This document shows positions 50,659-59,955 of a stretch of 64,000 nucleotides of DNA, one piece after another. The first letter of the stretch is position 1, and every line of letters begins with the position of its first letter. The stretch is taken from positions 4,528 to 68,527 of the forward strand of contig JADFCW010000002.1 of the NCBI GenBank assembly GCA_017161705.1. The letters are read 5' to 3'. The position numbers were made by a program, and so were the translations under genes. The notes under the pieces were generated by a model. It worked only from the letters and a program-made list of their open reading frames with translations. It made no database searches and had not been told where the DNA came from. The DNA comes from Candidatus Sumerlaeota bacterium (GTDB lineage: Bacteria > Sumerlaeota > Sumerlaeia > JADFCW01).

Positions 50659-51213
50659 TCATTTCCCCTTCCCGACCGCCGCACGCACGCGTGATTCTGC
50701 CTCCGGCGTCCAGTAAGCGCAGTCCAGCTCAAGAAAAACCGACGTATAAGGCAGTGTCGAGTTGCTCTTGAGAACCAGCACGCGATACATCTCGCCGGCC
50801 TTGTCGAGCCTGGCCAGAATCTCCTCGTGCGGCAGCGTCTTGACGGTTCGTTTGGCAAGGATCTTGCCCAACACTTCCCGGTGCGCAGTGATTCCCGGCG
50901 CGTCGGTGGCTGAAACATGCTCGAGTTCGGCGTCGAGATAAACGACGGGTTTGACATGCGGCATTTCATCGAGCGCCTCCAGCACGCCGGCGACCAGGTC
51001 CAGATGATCCTCGCCGGTGACGAAGGTCTCGATCCCCGGGCGACTTTGCGCCGGATAGGCCGAGTCGGCGATCACAATCCAGTTTCGGTGGCCAAACAGA
51101 AACAGATCGGTCTTGAGTGCGTCCTTCCAGGGGCCGGCGGCGCATCCGGCCAGAAGAACCCCGGCGGCCAGCGCGGCAAGAACTCCCCGAATCCGGCGAT
51201 GAGCGGTTGACAT
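50659..51213 (-). CDS. RbsD/FucU-family sugar mutarotase-like lipoprotein
   Basis: Lipobox LLAGCAAG. FGHRNWIVIADSAYPAQS matches the RbsD/FucU signature. Confidence 0.6.
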   Translation of the reverse strand: MSTAHRRIRGVLAALAAGVLLAGCAAGPWKDALKTDLFLFGHRNWIVIADSAYPAQSRPGIETFVTGEDHLDLVAGVLEALDEMPHVKPVVYLDAELEHVSATDAPGITAHREVLGKILAKRTVKTLPHEEILARLDKAGEMYRVLVLKSNSTLPYTSVFLELDCAYWTPEAESRVRAAVGKGK

Positions 51214-51433
51214 ACCTCATTCCCCCTTTGTCTGTATAGAAAACGTTTCGTTTTGAAAATCCGTTGCCCTCGCGCAACCGTGAAACATTTATCACGGCAG
51301 TCCTATCACGTGGCAGCTGCCTTCTTTTTACCTAACCAATCAGCGATTTCGCGCTTGACTTGCATCCGGCCTGTTCTCAGCTTACAATGCAGCAAGATAA
51401 AAGCACGCAACGCTCATGAAAGGAACAGTGGGG

Positions 51434-53494
51434 ATGAAAAGCAAGAACATTCTGGCATTCTTGCTTCTGGCAACCGCCGCATCGGCCGCGGAGTATCATG
51501 TCTCGGTCAATGGCAGCGACAAGAACGACGGCTCGGCGGGCAGGCCGTTTCGAACGATTTCCGCCGCCGCCCATGTGGCGCAGCCTGGTGACGTGATCAC
51601 CGTGCACGAAGGTACCTATCGAGAGCGCGTCGCTCCGCCGCGCGGCGGCGCGTCGGACGACAGACGGATCGTTTATCAAGCGGCGCCGGGCGAGAAGGTC
51701 GAGATCAAAGGCTCGGAAGTCGTCAAAAACTGGGTCAAGGTCCAGGCCGACGTCTGGAAGGTGACGCTGCCCAATGCGTTCTTTGGAAAATTCAATCCCT
51801 ACAGCGACCTCATCCGCGGCGACTGGTTCAACGCCAAAGGCCGCGAGCATCACACCGGCGCGGTATATCTCAACGGCGAGTGGCTGATCGAGGCAGCCAA
51901 GCTGGACGAGGTTCTGAAACCGATGCCGGACAAGCCTGACGCGCCGCTCTGGTTCGCTCATGTGGACAAGGAGAACACCACCATCTGGGCCCAATTCAAG
52001 GGCGTCAATCCCAACGAGCATCTGGTCGAGATCAATGTGCGGCAGACTGTCTTCTATCCGGAAAAACCGGGAATTAACTACATCACCGTGCGCGGCTTTA
52101 CGATGCGCCATGCAGCCACGCCCTGGGCGCCGCCGACGGCCGAACAAATCGGCCTCATCGGCACGCATTGGAGCAAGGGCTGGGTCATCGAGAACAACGT
52201 CATCAGCCACTCGATTTGCTCGGGAATCGCCCTCGGAAAGCACGGCGACGAATTCGACAACACCTCGGCCAACACCGCCGAGGGCTACGTCAAGACCATC
52301 GAGCGAGCCCATGCCTTTTCCATCCCGTGGACCAAGGAGAACATCGGCCATCACCTCGTCCGCAACAACGTCATCTCGCACTGCGAACAGGCGGGCATCG
52401 TCGGCAGTCTCGGCGCCATTTTCAGCACGATTACCGACAACCACATCCACACCATTTGGGCCAGGCGCCTTTTCACCGGCGCCGAGATGGCCGGCATCAA
52501 ACTCCACGCCGCTATTGACGTGCTGATCAAAGGCAACCGAATCCACAACGCCGGACGCGGTCTGTGGATGGACTGGATGGCCCAGGGAACGCGCATTACG
52601 CAAAACTTGCTTTACGACAACACGACCGATGACCTGTTTGTCGAGGTGAACCACGGGCCGTTTCTGGTGGACAACAACATCTTCCTTTCGCCGATCAGCC
52701 TTAACGACATGTCCGAAGGCGGCGCCTACGCGCACAACCTTTTCGCCGGACGCATCCTGAGCCGACCCGAACTTCGACGCGACACGCCGTATCATCCAGC
52801 CCACTCGACCCTCGTCGCCGGTCTCGTCAACACCAAAGGAGGCGACAACCGCTTTTACAACAATATCTTCATCGGCCGAGCGAACGGAAAAACCGCGGAG
52901 TACGGTCTGGCCAGCTACGACCCGCGCGAGTTCCCGCTGTACACCGGCGGCAATGTCTATTACGGGAACGCCCGCCCCTATGCAAAGGAGAGCGATGCCG
53001 TGGTGGTCTCTGATGTCGAACCCAACCCTGAAGTGGTCGAGAAGGGCGAGCGCGTTGCGCTTCGATTGACCCTGGGAACATCTCCCCAAAAAGCAGCAGC
53101 AGCGCTCGTGACCACGGAAAAACTGGGCAAGGCCCGAATCCCCGGTCTCCCCTACGAAAATCCCGACGGTTCGCCCGTGCGCATTGACACCGATTACTTT
53201 GGGAAGAAACGCAACGAAACCAGACCTTCGCCCGGCCCCTTTGAAGCCCCCGCCGAAGGACGGCTCGAACTCAAGGTTTGGGAGGAAAAATCCGGACTCT
53301 TGCGCCAGAAGGGAGATTCGGAAAAGAAACGACGCGGCTTCTTCACGGCACCGGCTCTCGGAGCGGCCACAGCGGCTTCGACGGGCGGCTCAGTGGGAGC
53401 GGTCACCAAGCCGGCTCAGGGTCGCCTCACTGTTGCCAGCGTATTGGCAATTTGGGTTTCGAAAGATCAACGAATGGCTCTTCAAATCGGATAA
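51434..53494 (+). CDS. Secreted right-handed parallel beta-helix protein (pectate-lyase-like / DUF1565 type)
   Basis: Signal peptide, N-terminal YHVSVNGSDKNDGSAGRPFRTISAAAHVAQPGDVITVHEGTY, and repeated NNVIS beta-helix rungs. Confidence 0.7.
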   Translation: MKSKNILAFLLLATAASAAEYHVSVNGSDKNDGSAGRPFRTISAAAHVAQPGDVITVHEGTYRERVAPPRGGASDDRRIVYQAAPGEKVEIKGSEVVKNWVKVQADVWKVTLPNAFFGKFNPYSDLIRGDWFNAKGREHHTGAVYLNGEWLIEAAKLDEVLKPMPDKPDAPLWFAHVDKENTTIWAQFKGVNPNEHLVEINVRQTVFYPEKPGINYITVRGFTMRHAATPWAPPTAEQIGLIGTHWSKGWVIENNVISHSICSGIALGKHGDEFDNTSANTAEGYVKTIERAHAFSIPWTKENIGHHLVRNNVISHCEQAGIVGSLGAIFSTITDNHIHTIWARRLFTGAEMAGIKLHAAIDVLIKGNRIHNAGRGLWMDWMAQGTRITQNLLYDNTTDDLFVEVNHGPFLVDNNIFLSPISLNDMSEGGAYAHNLFAGRILSRPELRRDTPYHPAHSTLVAGLVNTKGGDNRFYNNIFIGRANGKTAEYGLASYDPREFPLYTGGNVYYGNARPYAKESDAVVVSDVEPNPEVVEKGERVALRLTLGTSPQKAAAALVTTEKLGKARIPGLPYENPDGSPVRIDTDYFGKKRNETRPSPGPFEAPAEGRLELKVWEEKSGLLRQKGDSEKKRRGFFTAPALGAATAASTGGSVGAVTKPAQGRLTVASVLAIWVSKDQRMALQIG

Positions 53495-53519
53495 GATGGA
53501 AGCCCAGTTCATACTGCCC

Positions 53520-53694
53520 GTAGCGAACTTCAGTTTGCCGTTCGTAGTTCACGCTTCAGCGTGTTGTATGTAGTTCAAACTTCAGTTTGCCGTTCGTAGT
53601 TCACGCTTCAGCGTGTTGTATGTAGTTCAAACTTTAGTTTGCCGCTCGTAGTTCACGCTTCAGCGTGTTGTATGTAGTTCAAACTTCAGTTTGC
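53520..53694 (+). repeat. Tandem array: 52 bp unit x about 3.4, each unit made of two 26 bp half-units
   Basis: GTAGTTCAAACTTCAGTTTGCCGTTCGTAGTTCACGCTTCAGCGTGTTGTAT repeated with 1-3 substitutions per copy. Not CRISPR, because no unique spacers separate the units. Confidence 0.85.
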
Positions 53695-53914
53695 TGGATC
53701 ATTCCCCACTTTAGCAGGGCTTCTATCTCGCGGCCGGCACAACAATATTGCCCCGCCAAAGCACAGGGGACATTCATCAAATTAAGGTTCGAACTCCAAG
53801 CGGGCGAATCTCAATATCCATAAAGTGCGGCTTGAAGCTCTGCCAAGAGTTGCTTTCACTAAAACGAAGGACAACCAGAACCAATTACCAAGAATTCCCT
53901 TAGGAGGAAGAACC

Positions 53915-55684
53915 ATGGAACGACGCAGCTTTCTGAAGACCGCCGGCCTGGCCGCCGGCGCGGTGTGGACCTTTCCTGCATCATTCCACGCCGCCCCAGC
54001 GCAAAAACCCAACATCATCATCATTATGTCCGACGACATGGGCTTTTCGGACATCGGCTGCTACGGCAGCGAAATCCAAACCCCCGCTCTCGACAGCCTC
54101 GCTGCCAACGGCGTGCGCTTTACGCAGTTTTACAACACCGCCCGCTGCTGCCCCACCCGCGCATCCCTGCTCACAGGCCTCTATCCCCACCAGGCCGCCG
54201 TCGGCCACATGATGGAAGACCGGAATCTCGACGGCTATCAGGGCGACCTTAGCCGCAACGCCGTCACCATTGCCGAGGTGCTCAAGTCTGCCGGCTACGG
54301 CACCTATGCGGTCGGCAAATGGCACGTCACCCGCTTTGCCGGCCCCGAGGGCCCCAAACACAACTGGCCGTTGCAGCGCGGCTTCGATCGCTACTACGGC
54401 ACGATCACCGGCGCCGGCAGCTTTTATGATCCGGGAACGCTCACGCGCGACAACACGATGATCTCGCCCTTTGCCGATCCGGAGTATAAGCCCAAGGTCT
54501 TTTATTACACCGACGCGATCAGCGATCACGCCGTCCGGCTCATCCAAGAGCACCGCGAGCGAACGCCCGACAAACCCTTCTTTATGTATGTGTCCTATAC
54601 CACCGCCCACTGGCCTATGCACGCGCTCGAAGAGGACATCGCCAAGTACAAGGGCAAATACGACGGCGGTTATGAACCGATCCGCCGCGCACGGTTCGAG
54701 CGCCTCAAGCAGATGGGCTTGATTGACCCCAAATGGGAACTATCGCCACAGGCGGGCAACTGGGATGAGGTCCTGAACAAGCCGTGGGAAGCCCGGTGCA
54801 TGGAAGTCTATGCCGCCATGATTGACCGAATGGACCAGGGCATCGGGCGCATCGTCGCCGAACTCAAGCGACTGAACCAGCTGGACAATACGCTGATTCT
54901 CTTTCTCGAGGACAACGGCGGCTGCGCCGAAAACACCGGTCGCAACGGCAATATGACCCGCCCCGCACAACCGACCCTGCCGCCGATTCCGCTCGATGCC
55001 ATCCGCCTCGAGGTCATTCCCAAACAGACCCGCGAAGGCTTCCCCATTATCCAGGGACAGGGCGTGATGCCCGGCCCTCCGGATACGTATATCGCCTACG
55101 GGCAAGGCTGGGCCAATGTGTCCAACACGCCGTTCCGCGAATACAAGCATTTTGTCCACGAGGGCGGAATTGCCACGCCGCTGATCGCGCACTGGCCGGC
55201 GGGCATCCGGCGCAAAGGCGAACTCGAACATCAACCGAGCCATGTGATTGATCTCATGGCAACGTGCGTGGACGTTGCGGGCGCAAAGTATCCCGCCGAA
55301 TTTGCGGGCAACAAAATCACCCCGCTCGAAGGCCGCAGTCTTCTTCCCGCCTTCCACGGCAAGCCCGTCGAGCGCGAGGCGATCTTTTGGGAGCACGAGG
55401 GCAATCGCGCCATCCGAATGGGCCGATGGAAACTGGTGGCCAAGAATCCGGGTGGACCGTGGGAACTCTATGATGTGGAAAACGACCGCACCGAAATGCA
55501 CGACCTGGCGGCGAAAGAGCCCGAGCGCCTGAAGGCCATGGTCGCCCAATGGGAAGCCTACGCCCGACGCACCAAAGCCCTCCCGTGGCCGTGGAAACCC
55601 GAATACGGCCAGCCGGCGGGGACTGCGGCGGGCGAGAAAAAGGCCGGCAAAAAGGCCGCCGGCAAAAAGAAGACAACCAAATAG
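53915..55684 (+). CDS. Sulfatase (formylglycine-dependent), Tat signal
   Basis: AGGAGG RBS. RRSFLKTAGLAAGA. IIIMSDDMGFSD. CCPTRASLLTGL. Confidence 0.85.
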   Translation: MERRSFLKTAGLAAGAVWTFPASFHAAPAQKPNIIIIMSDDMGFSDIGCYGSEIQTPALDSLAANGVRFTQFYNTARCCPTRASLLTGLYPHQAAVGHMMEDRNLDGYQGDLSRNAVTIAEVLKSAGYGTYAVGKWHVTRFAGPEGPKHNWPLQRGFDRYYGTITGAGSFYDPGTLTRDNTMISPFADPEYKPKVFYYTDAISDHAVRLIQEHRERTPDKPFFMYVSYTTAHWPMHALEEDIAKYKGKYDGGYEPIRRARFERLKQMGLIDPKWELSPQAGNWDEVLNKPWEARCMEVYAAMIDRMDQGIGRIVAELKRLNQLDNTLILFLEDNGGCAENTGRNGNMTRPAQPTLPPIPLDAIRLEVIPKQTREGFPIIQGQGVMPGPPDTYIAYGQGWANVSNTPFREYKHFVHEGGIATPLIAHWPAGIRRKGELEHQPSHVIDLMATCVDVAGAKYPAEFAGNKITPLEGRSLLPAFHGKPVEREAIFWEHEGNRAIRMGRWKLVAKNPGGPWELYDVENDRTEMHDLAAKEPERLKAMVAQWEAYARRTKALPWPWKPEYGQPAGTAAGEKKAGKKAAGKKKTTK

Positions 55685-55822
55685 CCGGCTTTGGAAGTAT
55701 CCGGTGCTAATTGAGCAAGTCGGGGAAGCAAAGGGAATAGTGCTGTTGGTGTTTTTTTTGCACGGAAGAAATGGCATAATAACGGAAATGGATTATAATC
55801 GCAAAGGCAGATTCCCTCCCTG

Positions 55823-57574
55823 TCATTTGCGGCCTTGCAGGAGATGGCCGCTTTGGGTTGGAAGAACAGCGGTTCCACCGGTAATTCCGGTCAGGTTCTC
55901 CTCCAGCACATGCCAGGCTTTTTTGGGCCGTCCCGCGCCGTCATGCACTCCAAGTGTCTGCAGATAGGCCTTGAAGCGTGCGGAATTGCCCAACTGATAA
56001 TACCGGCTAAAATCGTTCACCATCCAGTCCGGCAGGTCACACATCAGGAAGAAGTTGGCGAACTCGAACGTTCCGGGATAGGCGCGAAGGCCCTCGAGGA
56101 CGTGGGCGACGAATTGCGCCTGCGCCTGCTCGGAACTGCCGTTCAGGGGCGACGACGGATAGCCGACTTCCTGAAGGACCACGCCGGTCAGCCCCAACTC
56201 GGCGGCGATCTCCGTCATGCGTTTCATGTCGGCGGCCACGCTATCGGGCGGCCGTATGGTAAAGTCGGGATTGAGCGGATAGTAGGTGAGCGAGAGGAAA
56301 TCGGTCTGGGAAAGAATCGGGGCAAGACGTTTGCGCAGCTCGGGGTCGGCAATTCCGTCAAACGTCGCTGTGGCGCTGATTTGCACGCCGGGAATCTGAC
56401 GGCGAAACCGCTCGCGGGCGGCTCCGAACAAGGCGGCAAAAGGCGCGATTTCCTCTTTGTGGTTCTTAAAGTATACATCAATCTCGTTGCCGATACACAC
56501 GCGCCGGACACCGGCTTTCGCCAGACGCGGTGCGAGCGCATCCGCCAGGGCGAGAAGGCGTTCGCGCATTTCGTCGAAGCGGCGGCCCGATAGATCCCCC
56601 GGCGTCGAGCGGTTGTGGGTGTCGGGCGCCCGAAGCGTGAACAATTCGACCGACTGGCCGACGGCAGCCGCCCGCTCGAAATTGCCGTCCACATCGGCGA
56701 AATCCAACACGCCTTTGCGTCTTTCGATCTCGTCCCAGCGGCGGCTGACGTATTTGCCGTTGGCACCAATTTGGGCACTGAGCACCACATAATGCAGGAT
56801 ATTGTCGAGCAGCGTCTTTTGCTCGGAGGGGGTCATTCTGTTGGGCGGCTTGGAGAATACATGGGCTGCCGGGTTGTCGGAAATGCCGACGCGAACCTGG
56901 CGGGCTGTCCTGGGCGGGGCGGACAGAACGGTTTTCGGCGCAGAGGTCGGCGGCGGGGTCTCCGTGCCGCCCTGTTCCTTCTTTTCAAGCAAAAAGGCAA
57001 AAGGGCCCTCGCCGAACTGAACAAAGCCTACGCCCGGCGCCAGAGTCCAGACCATGTCGTCCCCGCCTTTGGTTGTCTCGCGAAACCGAATGCACCGGTC
57101 GAACGTGCCGGCAGGAGTTTGGACACGGAGCGCGGGGCCTTCGACTTTGATTTTGCCGATGGCATTGCTCCATGAGGCGCCGTCGGAAGCGCTTAGATCA
57201 AAGTAAAGAGTTTTGTCCGGCAGATCAGCCCGGGTGCCGCCAATGACCGCCGCCTTCATGTAGATGCGCGAGCCGTCCTTGATCAGAACCCACTCCACCG
57301 AATTCCACGGATTCGTGAACCGGATTCGGTATGCCGCATCGTCTTTCGCAACCACTTCGAGGACCACAGGTTTGTCCCGCAGGGCGGGTGCCGGGGTTCG
57401 AAGAGTCCATTTGACTCCCGGCTGCAATGGGAGGTAGTCATCGGCGGGCGCAGCGGCTGCAGCCGAAACAGAGGGTGCAGATTCACCGGCACACGCAAAC
57501 AGGCAGCAACACAGCGACGCCAGAACAATCACCGTCGCACTGCGGATGGATCGTAGGCATGATGGATTGTGCAT
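55823..57574 (-). CDS. Lipoprotein with GH5-like (clan GH-A) TIM-barrel hydrolase domain
   Basis: Lipobox LFACAG. N-terminal beta-rich domain. The C-terminal barrel carries VCIGNEIDV (the NE acid/base motif). Confidence 0.55.
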   Translation of the reverse strand: MHNPSCLRSIRSATVIVLASLCCCLFACAGESAPSVSAAAAAPADDYLPLQPGVKWTLRTPAPALRDKPVVLEVVAKDDAAYRIRFTNPWNSVEWVLIKDGSRIYMKAAVIGGTRADLPDKTLYFDLSASDGASWSNAIGKIKVEGPALRVQTPAGTFDRCIRFRETTKGGDDMVWTLAPGVGFVQFGEGPFAFLLEKKEQGGTETPPPTSAPKTVLSAPPRTARQVRVGISDNPAAHVFSKPPNRMTPSEQKTLLDNILHYVVLSAQIGANGKYVSRRWDEIERRKGVLDFADVDGNFERAAAVGQSVELFTLRAPDTHNRSTPGDLSGRRFDEMRERLLALADALAPRLAKAGVRRVCIGNEIDVYFKNHKEEIAPFAALFGAARERFRRQIPGVQISATATFDGIADPELRKRLAPILSQTDFLSLTYYPLNPDFTIRPPDSVAADMKRMTEIAAELGLTGVVLQEVGYPSSPLNGSSEQAQAQFVAHVLEGLRAYPGTFEFANFFLMCDLPDWMVNDFSRYYQLGNSARFKAYLQTLGVHDGAGRPKKAWHVLEENLTGITGGTAVLPTQSGHLLQGRK

Positions 57575-57607
57575 GATGACTCCAGTCTGGGTAACCAGGA
57601 AGTTGTC

Positions 57608-58723
57608 TCAGCCGCACGCGGCCCGCTGGTAGGCCGACAGTGTGCGCTGCGCCGTCGTGCGCCAGCTGAATTCGCCGGCCCGCGCGAGGCCTTTTTCGCG
57701 CAATTGCGCGCGAAGCGACTCGCTTGAATACAGCTCGCAAAGAGCCGCCGCCATGGCGTCAACCGATTGCGGGTCCACCAAATACGCCGCCCCGCCGGCA
57801 ATCTCCGGCAGACTCCCCAGATTCGAGGCGATCGAGGGAACGCCGCATGCCATCGCCTCCAAAAGCGGCAGGCCGAATCCTTCCCACAGCGAGGGAAAAA
57901 CAAACATCTCCGCCGCGTTATAAAGAAGGGGCAACTCTTCGTGGCGCAGGTAGCCGGCTTCGATTACGTAAGCCCGCGCGCCCAGCCGCTCGACGGCCGC
58001 GTCAATTTGCCCGGCCTGCCAGCCGCGCCGTCCGGCCAACACCAACGGCCAGTCGCAAAGACTCTCTTGTCGAAAGCGATGATACGCCTCGATCAACCGG
58101 GCGACGTTCTTGCGGGCGTCCAGCCGCCCGACAAATAGGACAAACGGCCGGCTGATTCCGCAGCGCTGTTTTGCCCATTGCCGCGCAGCCGCCTTGTCCA
58201 TCGGGTGAAATTGTTCCTCAATCCCATGATACACAACTTCCATGCGATTGGGAGAAATGCCCAGCCGTTCGGCCGTCAAATCGAGAACATTTTGCGAAAC
58301 GCACAAAATCCGCCGCGCCTTCTTCAAGCCTGTCAGCAACAGACGATTCAGCCGCGCCAGAATCAGCGGATCATAAAACTCCGGATGGTTGAACGTGCTG
58401 AAACAGTGATGCGTGAACACATACGGTTTGGGAGAGAAAGGCGGCGGGGTGAATGTGGCATGATAAAGTTCCACACCGTCCCTCGCCAAAGCCAGCGGCA
58501 GACTCAGCGGAATGCTGATCCAGCGGATAGACGGGCGCAAAATGCGGAACGAGAAATTGCCTTGATCCACACGCACCGCATCAGCGGCCTCGCGGCTGAG
58601 GCAGTAGATCCGATACGTGTTCTCGCGATCCAGTTCGGCCAGCGCGCCAATCAGCGACCGTTCATAGGTCTCCGGCCCGCCCGCCTGCCGGCCCGCCATT
58701 ACGACGAACAGACCATACCGCAT
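57608..58723 (-). CDS. Glycosyltransferase family 4
   Basis: GT-B C-terminal motif FVFPSLWEGFGLPLLEAMACGVP. GAGGTG RBS. Confidence 0.8.
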   Translation of the reverse strand: MRYGLFVVMAGRQAGGPETYERSLIGALAELDRENTYRIYCLSREAADAVRVDQGNFSFRILRPSIRWISIPLSLPLALARDGVELYHATFTPPPFSPKPYVFTHHCFSTFNHPEFYDPLILARLNRLLLTGLKKARRILCVSQNVLDLTAERLGISPNRMEVVYHGIEEQFHPMDKAAARQWAKQRCGISRPFVLFVGRLDARKNVARLIEAYHRFRQESLCDWPLVLAGRRGWQAGQIDAAVERLGARAYVIEAGYLRHEELPLLYNAAEMFVFPSLWEGFGLPLLEAMACGVPSIASNLGSLPEIAGGAAYLVDPQSVDAMAAALCELYSSESLRAQLREKGLARAGEFSWRTTAQRTLSAYQRAACG

Positions 58724-59871
58724 CCCTGCATCACCTCGACATAGGCCTCCTCGACCCGGCGGACCGCCGCGGCCAGCGAATAGTCGTTTTCGACAAAGCG
58801 GCGCGCGGCCGCCCCCAAACGCCTCCGCTCGGCCTCGCTTTCGATCAACCGCGCCACCGATTCGACAAATCCCTTCTCGTCTCCCGCCGCAGTGAGCAAA
58901 CTGTTCTCTTCATTCTTAAGCACCTCGCGAAGCCCGCCCACATCGGACGCCGCAATCGGAAGACCCACGGCCATGCCGGTCAAGATGGCCAGCGCTACGC
59001 CTTCCATCCACGACGGATGGACCTGGATGTCCGCCAGCTGCATAAGCGCCGGCAGGTCCTCGACAAAGCCGGGGAACCGGACCGTCGAGTCGAGCCCCAG
59101 CTCCGAGCACAGCCGCTTGAGGTCAGCCTCCAGCGGGCCAACGCCCAGAATGAACAGGCGAGCGTGCGGATAGCGTGAGACAATTCGCCGAAAGCTGCGC
59201 AGCAGGAAGTCGTGGGCTTTCTCCGGATAGAACCGCGCAACGTTGATCAGAAGGATCTGGTCGTCGGCAATCCCAAGAGCGCGCCGCCGCCGAAGACGCT
59301 CCTCCGCACTCCACTCCACCCAGTTGCACTCGAAGCCGCAGATCAGCAGACGCACCTTGTGCGCGGGAATTCCTAAAGCCAGTGTCTTGCGATAGGTGTC
59401 TTCACAGTGCACCGTGACGAGGTCGAACCGACGGATCACGTACTTGTCAATGCTTTGCAGGAGATTTCGTTTCCAGTCGAAATTCGACCACACGTAGCAA
59501 GTCGTCATGGTCTTGACAGGCGCCAGCCAGCGCACAACGCCCCCGACGTAATCGGCATACCAATTGTGGGTATGAAGGATATCCACATCATAGCGGCGGA
59601 TCAACCGGCGCAGAGCCCGCGCGGCGCGGAAGATCGGCTTGTGCCGGCCCCACGGGATTTTCTCCACACTAATCCCCGCCCGCTCGGCAGCCCGCACAAA
59701 CGGCTCCTCGGTCGCCCCTGGATTGGCAAAGCATGCCACGTGCACATTAAATCGCTCGCGGTTGATCTTTCGCACCCAGTTGATCAGCGCGGTTTCCACG
59801 CCTCCATAGGCCATTGTGTGAACCAAATGGAGAACAGTGATCTTGGAGTTGAGCGGGCGATTCGTTGCCAT
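58699..59871 (-). CDS. Glycosyltransferase family 4
   Basis: ITVLHLVHTMAYGGVE N-terminus. EGVALAILTGMAVGLPIAASDVGG. Start set at the ATG at 59871, since the track ORF begins at an upstream TTG. Confidence 0.7.
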   Translation of the reverse strand: MATNRPLNSKITVLHLVHTMAYGGVETALINWVRKINRERFNVHVACFANPGATEEPFVRAAERAGISVEKIPWGRHKPIFRAARALRRLIRRYDVDILHTHNWYADYVGGVVRWLAPVKTMTTCYVWSNFDWKRNLLQSIDKYVIRRFDLVTVHCEDTYRKTLALGIPAHKVRLLICGFECNWVEWSAEERLRRRRALGIADDQILLINVARFYPEKAHDFLLRSFRRIVSRYPHARLFILGVGPLEADLKRLCSELGLDSTVRFPGFVEDLPALMQLADIQVHPSWMEGVALAILTGMAVGLPIAASDVGGLREVLKNEENSLLTAAGDEKGFVESVARLIESEAERRRLGAAARRFVENDYSLAAAVRRVEEAYVEVMQGCGMVCSS

Positions 59872-59955
59872 AGAGGGGGGTCTAGGATTGGACGGTAGCA
59901 AGTCCGTTGGTCCGGCGCAGCGGGAAAAAACGCGCAGGCGGCCGGACAGGGTCGC

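Noticed and set aside
51377-53089. 570 aa minus-strand ORF
   Set aside because: Antisense to the beta-helix protein gene. No recognisable domain.
53520-53694. CRISPR array interpretation of the tandem repeats
   Set aside because: Whole 52 bp units repeat with no unique spacers. There is no cas gene or leader nearby. Half-unit length is 26 bp with internal similarity, which is a minisatellite, not CRISPR.
53776-53812. tRNA-like T-arm string GGTTCGAACTCC
   Set aside because: I could not fold flanking sequence into acceptor, D or anticodon stems on either strand. Probably chance, or at most a degenerate fragment.
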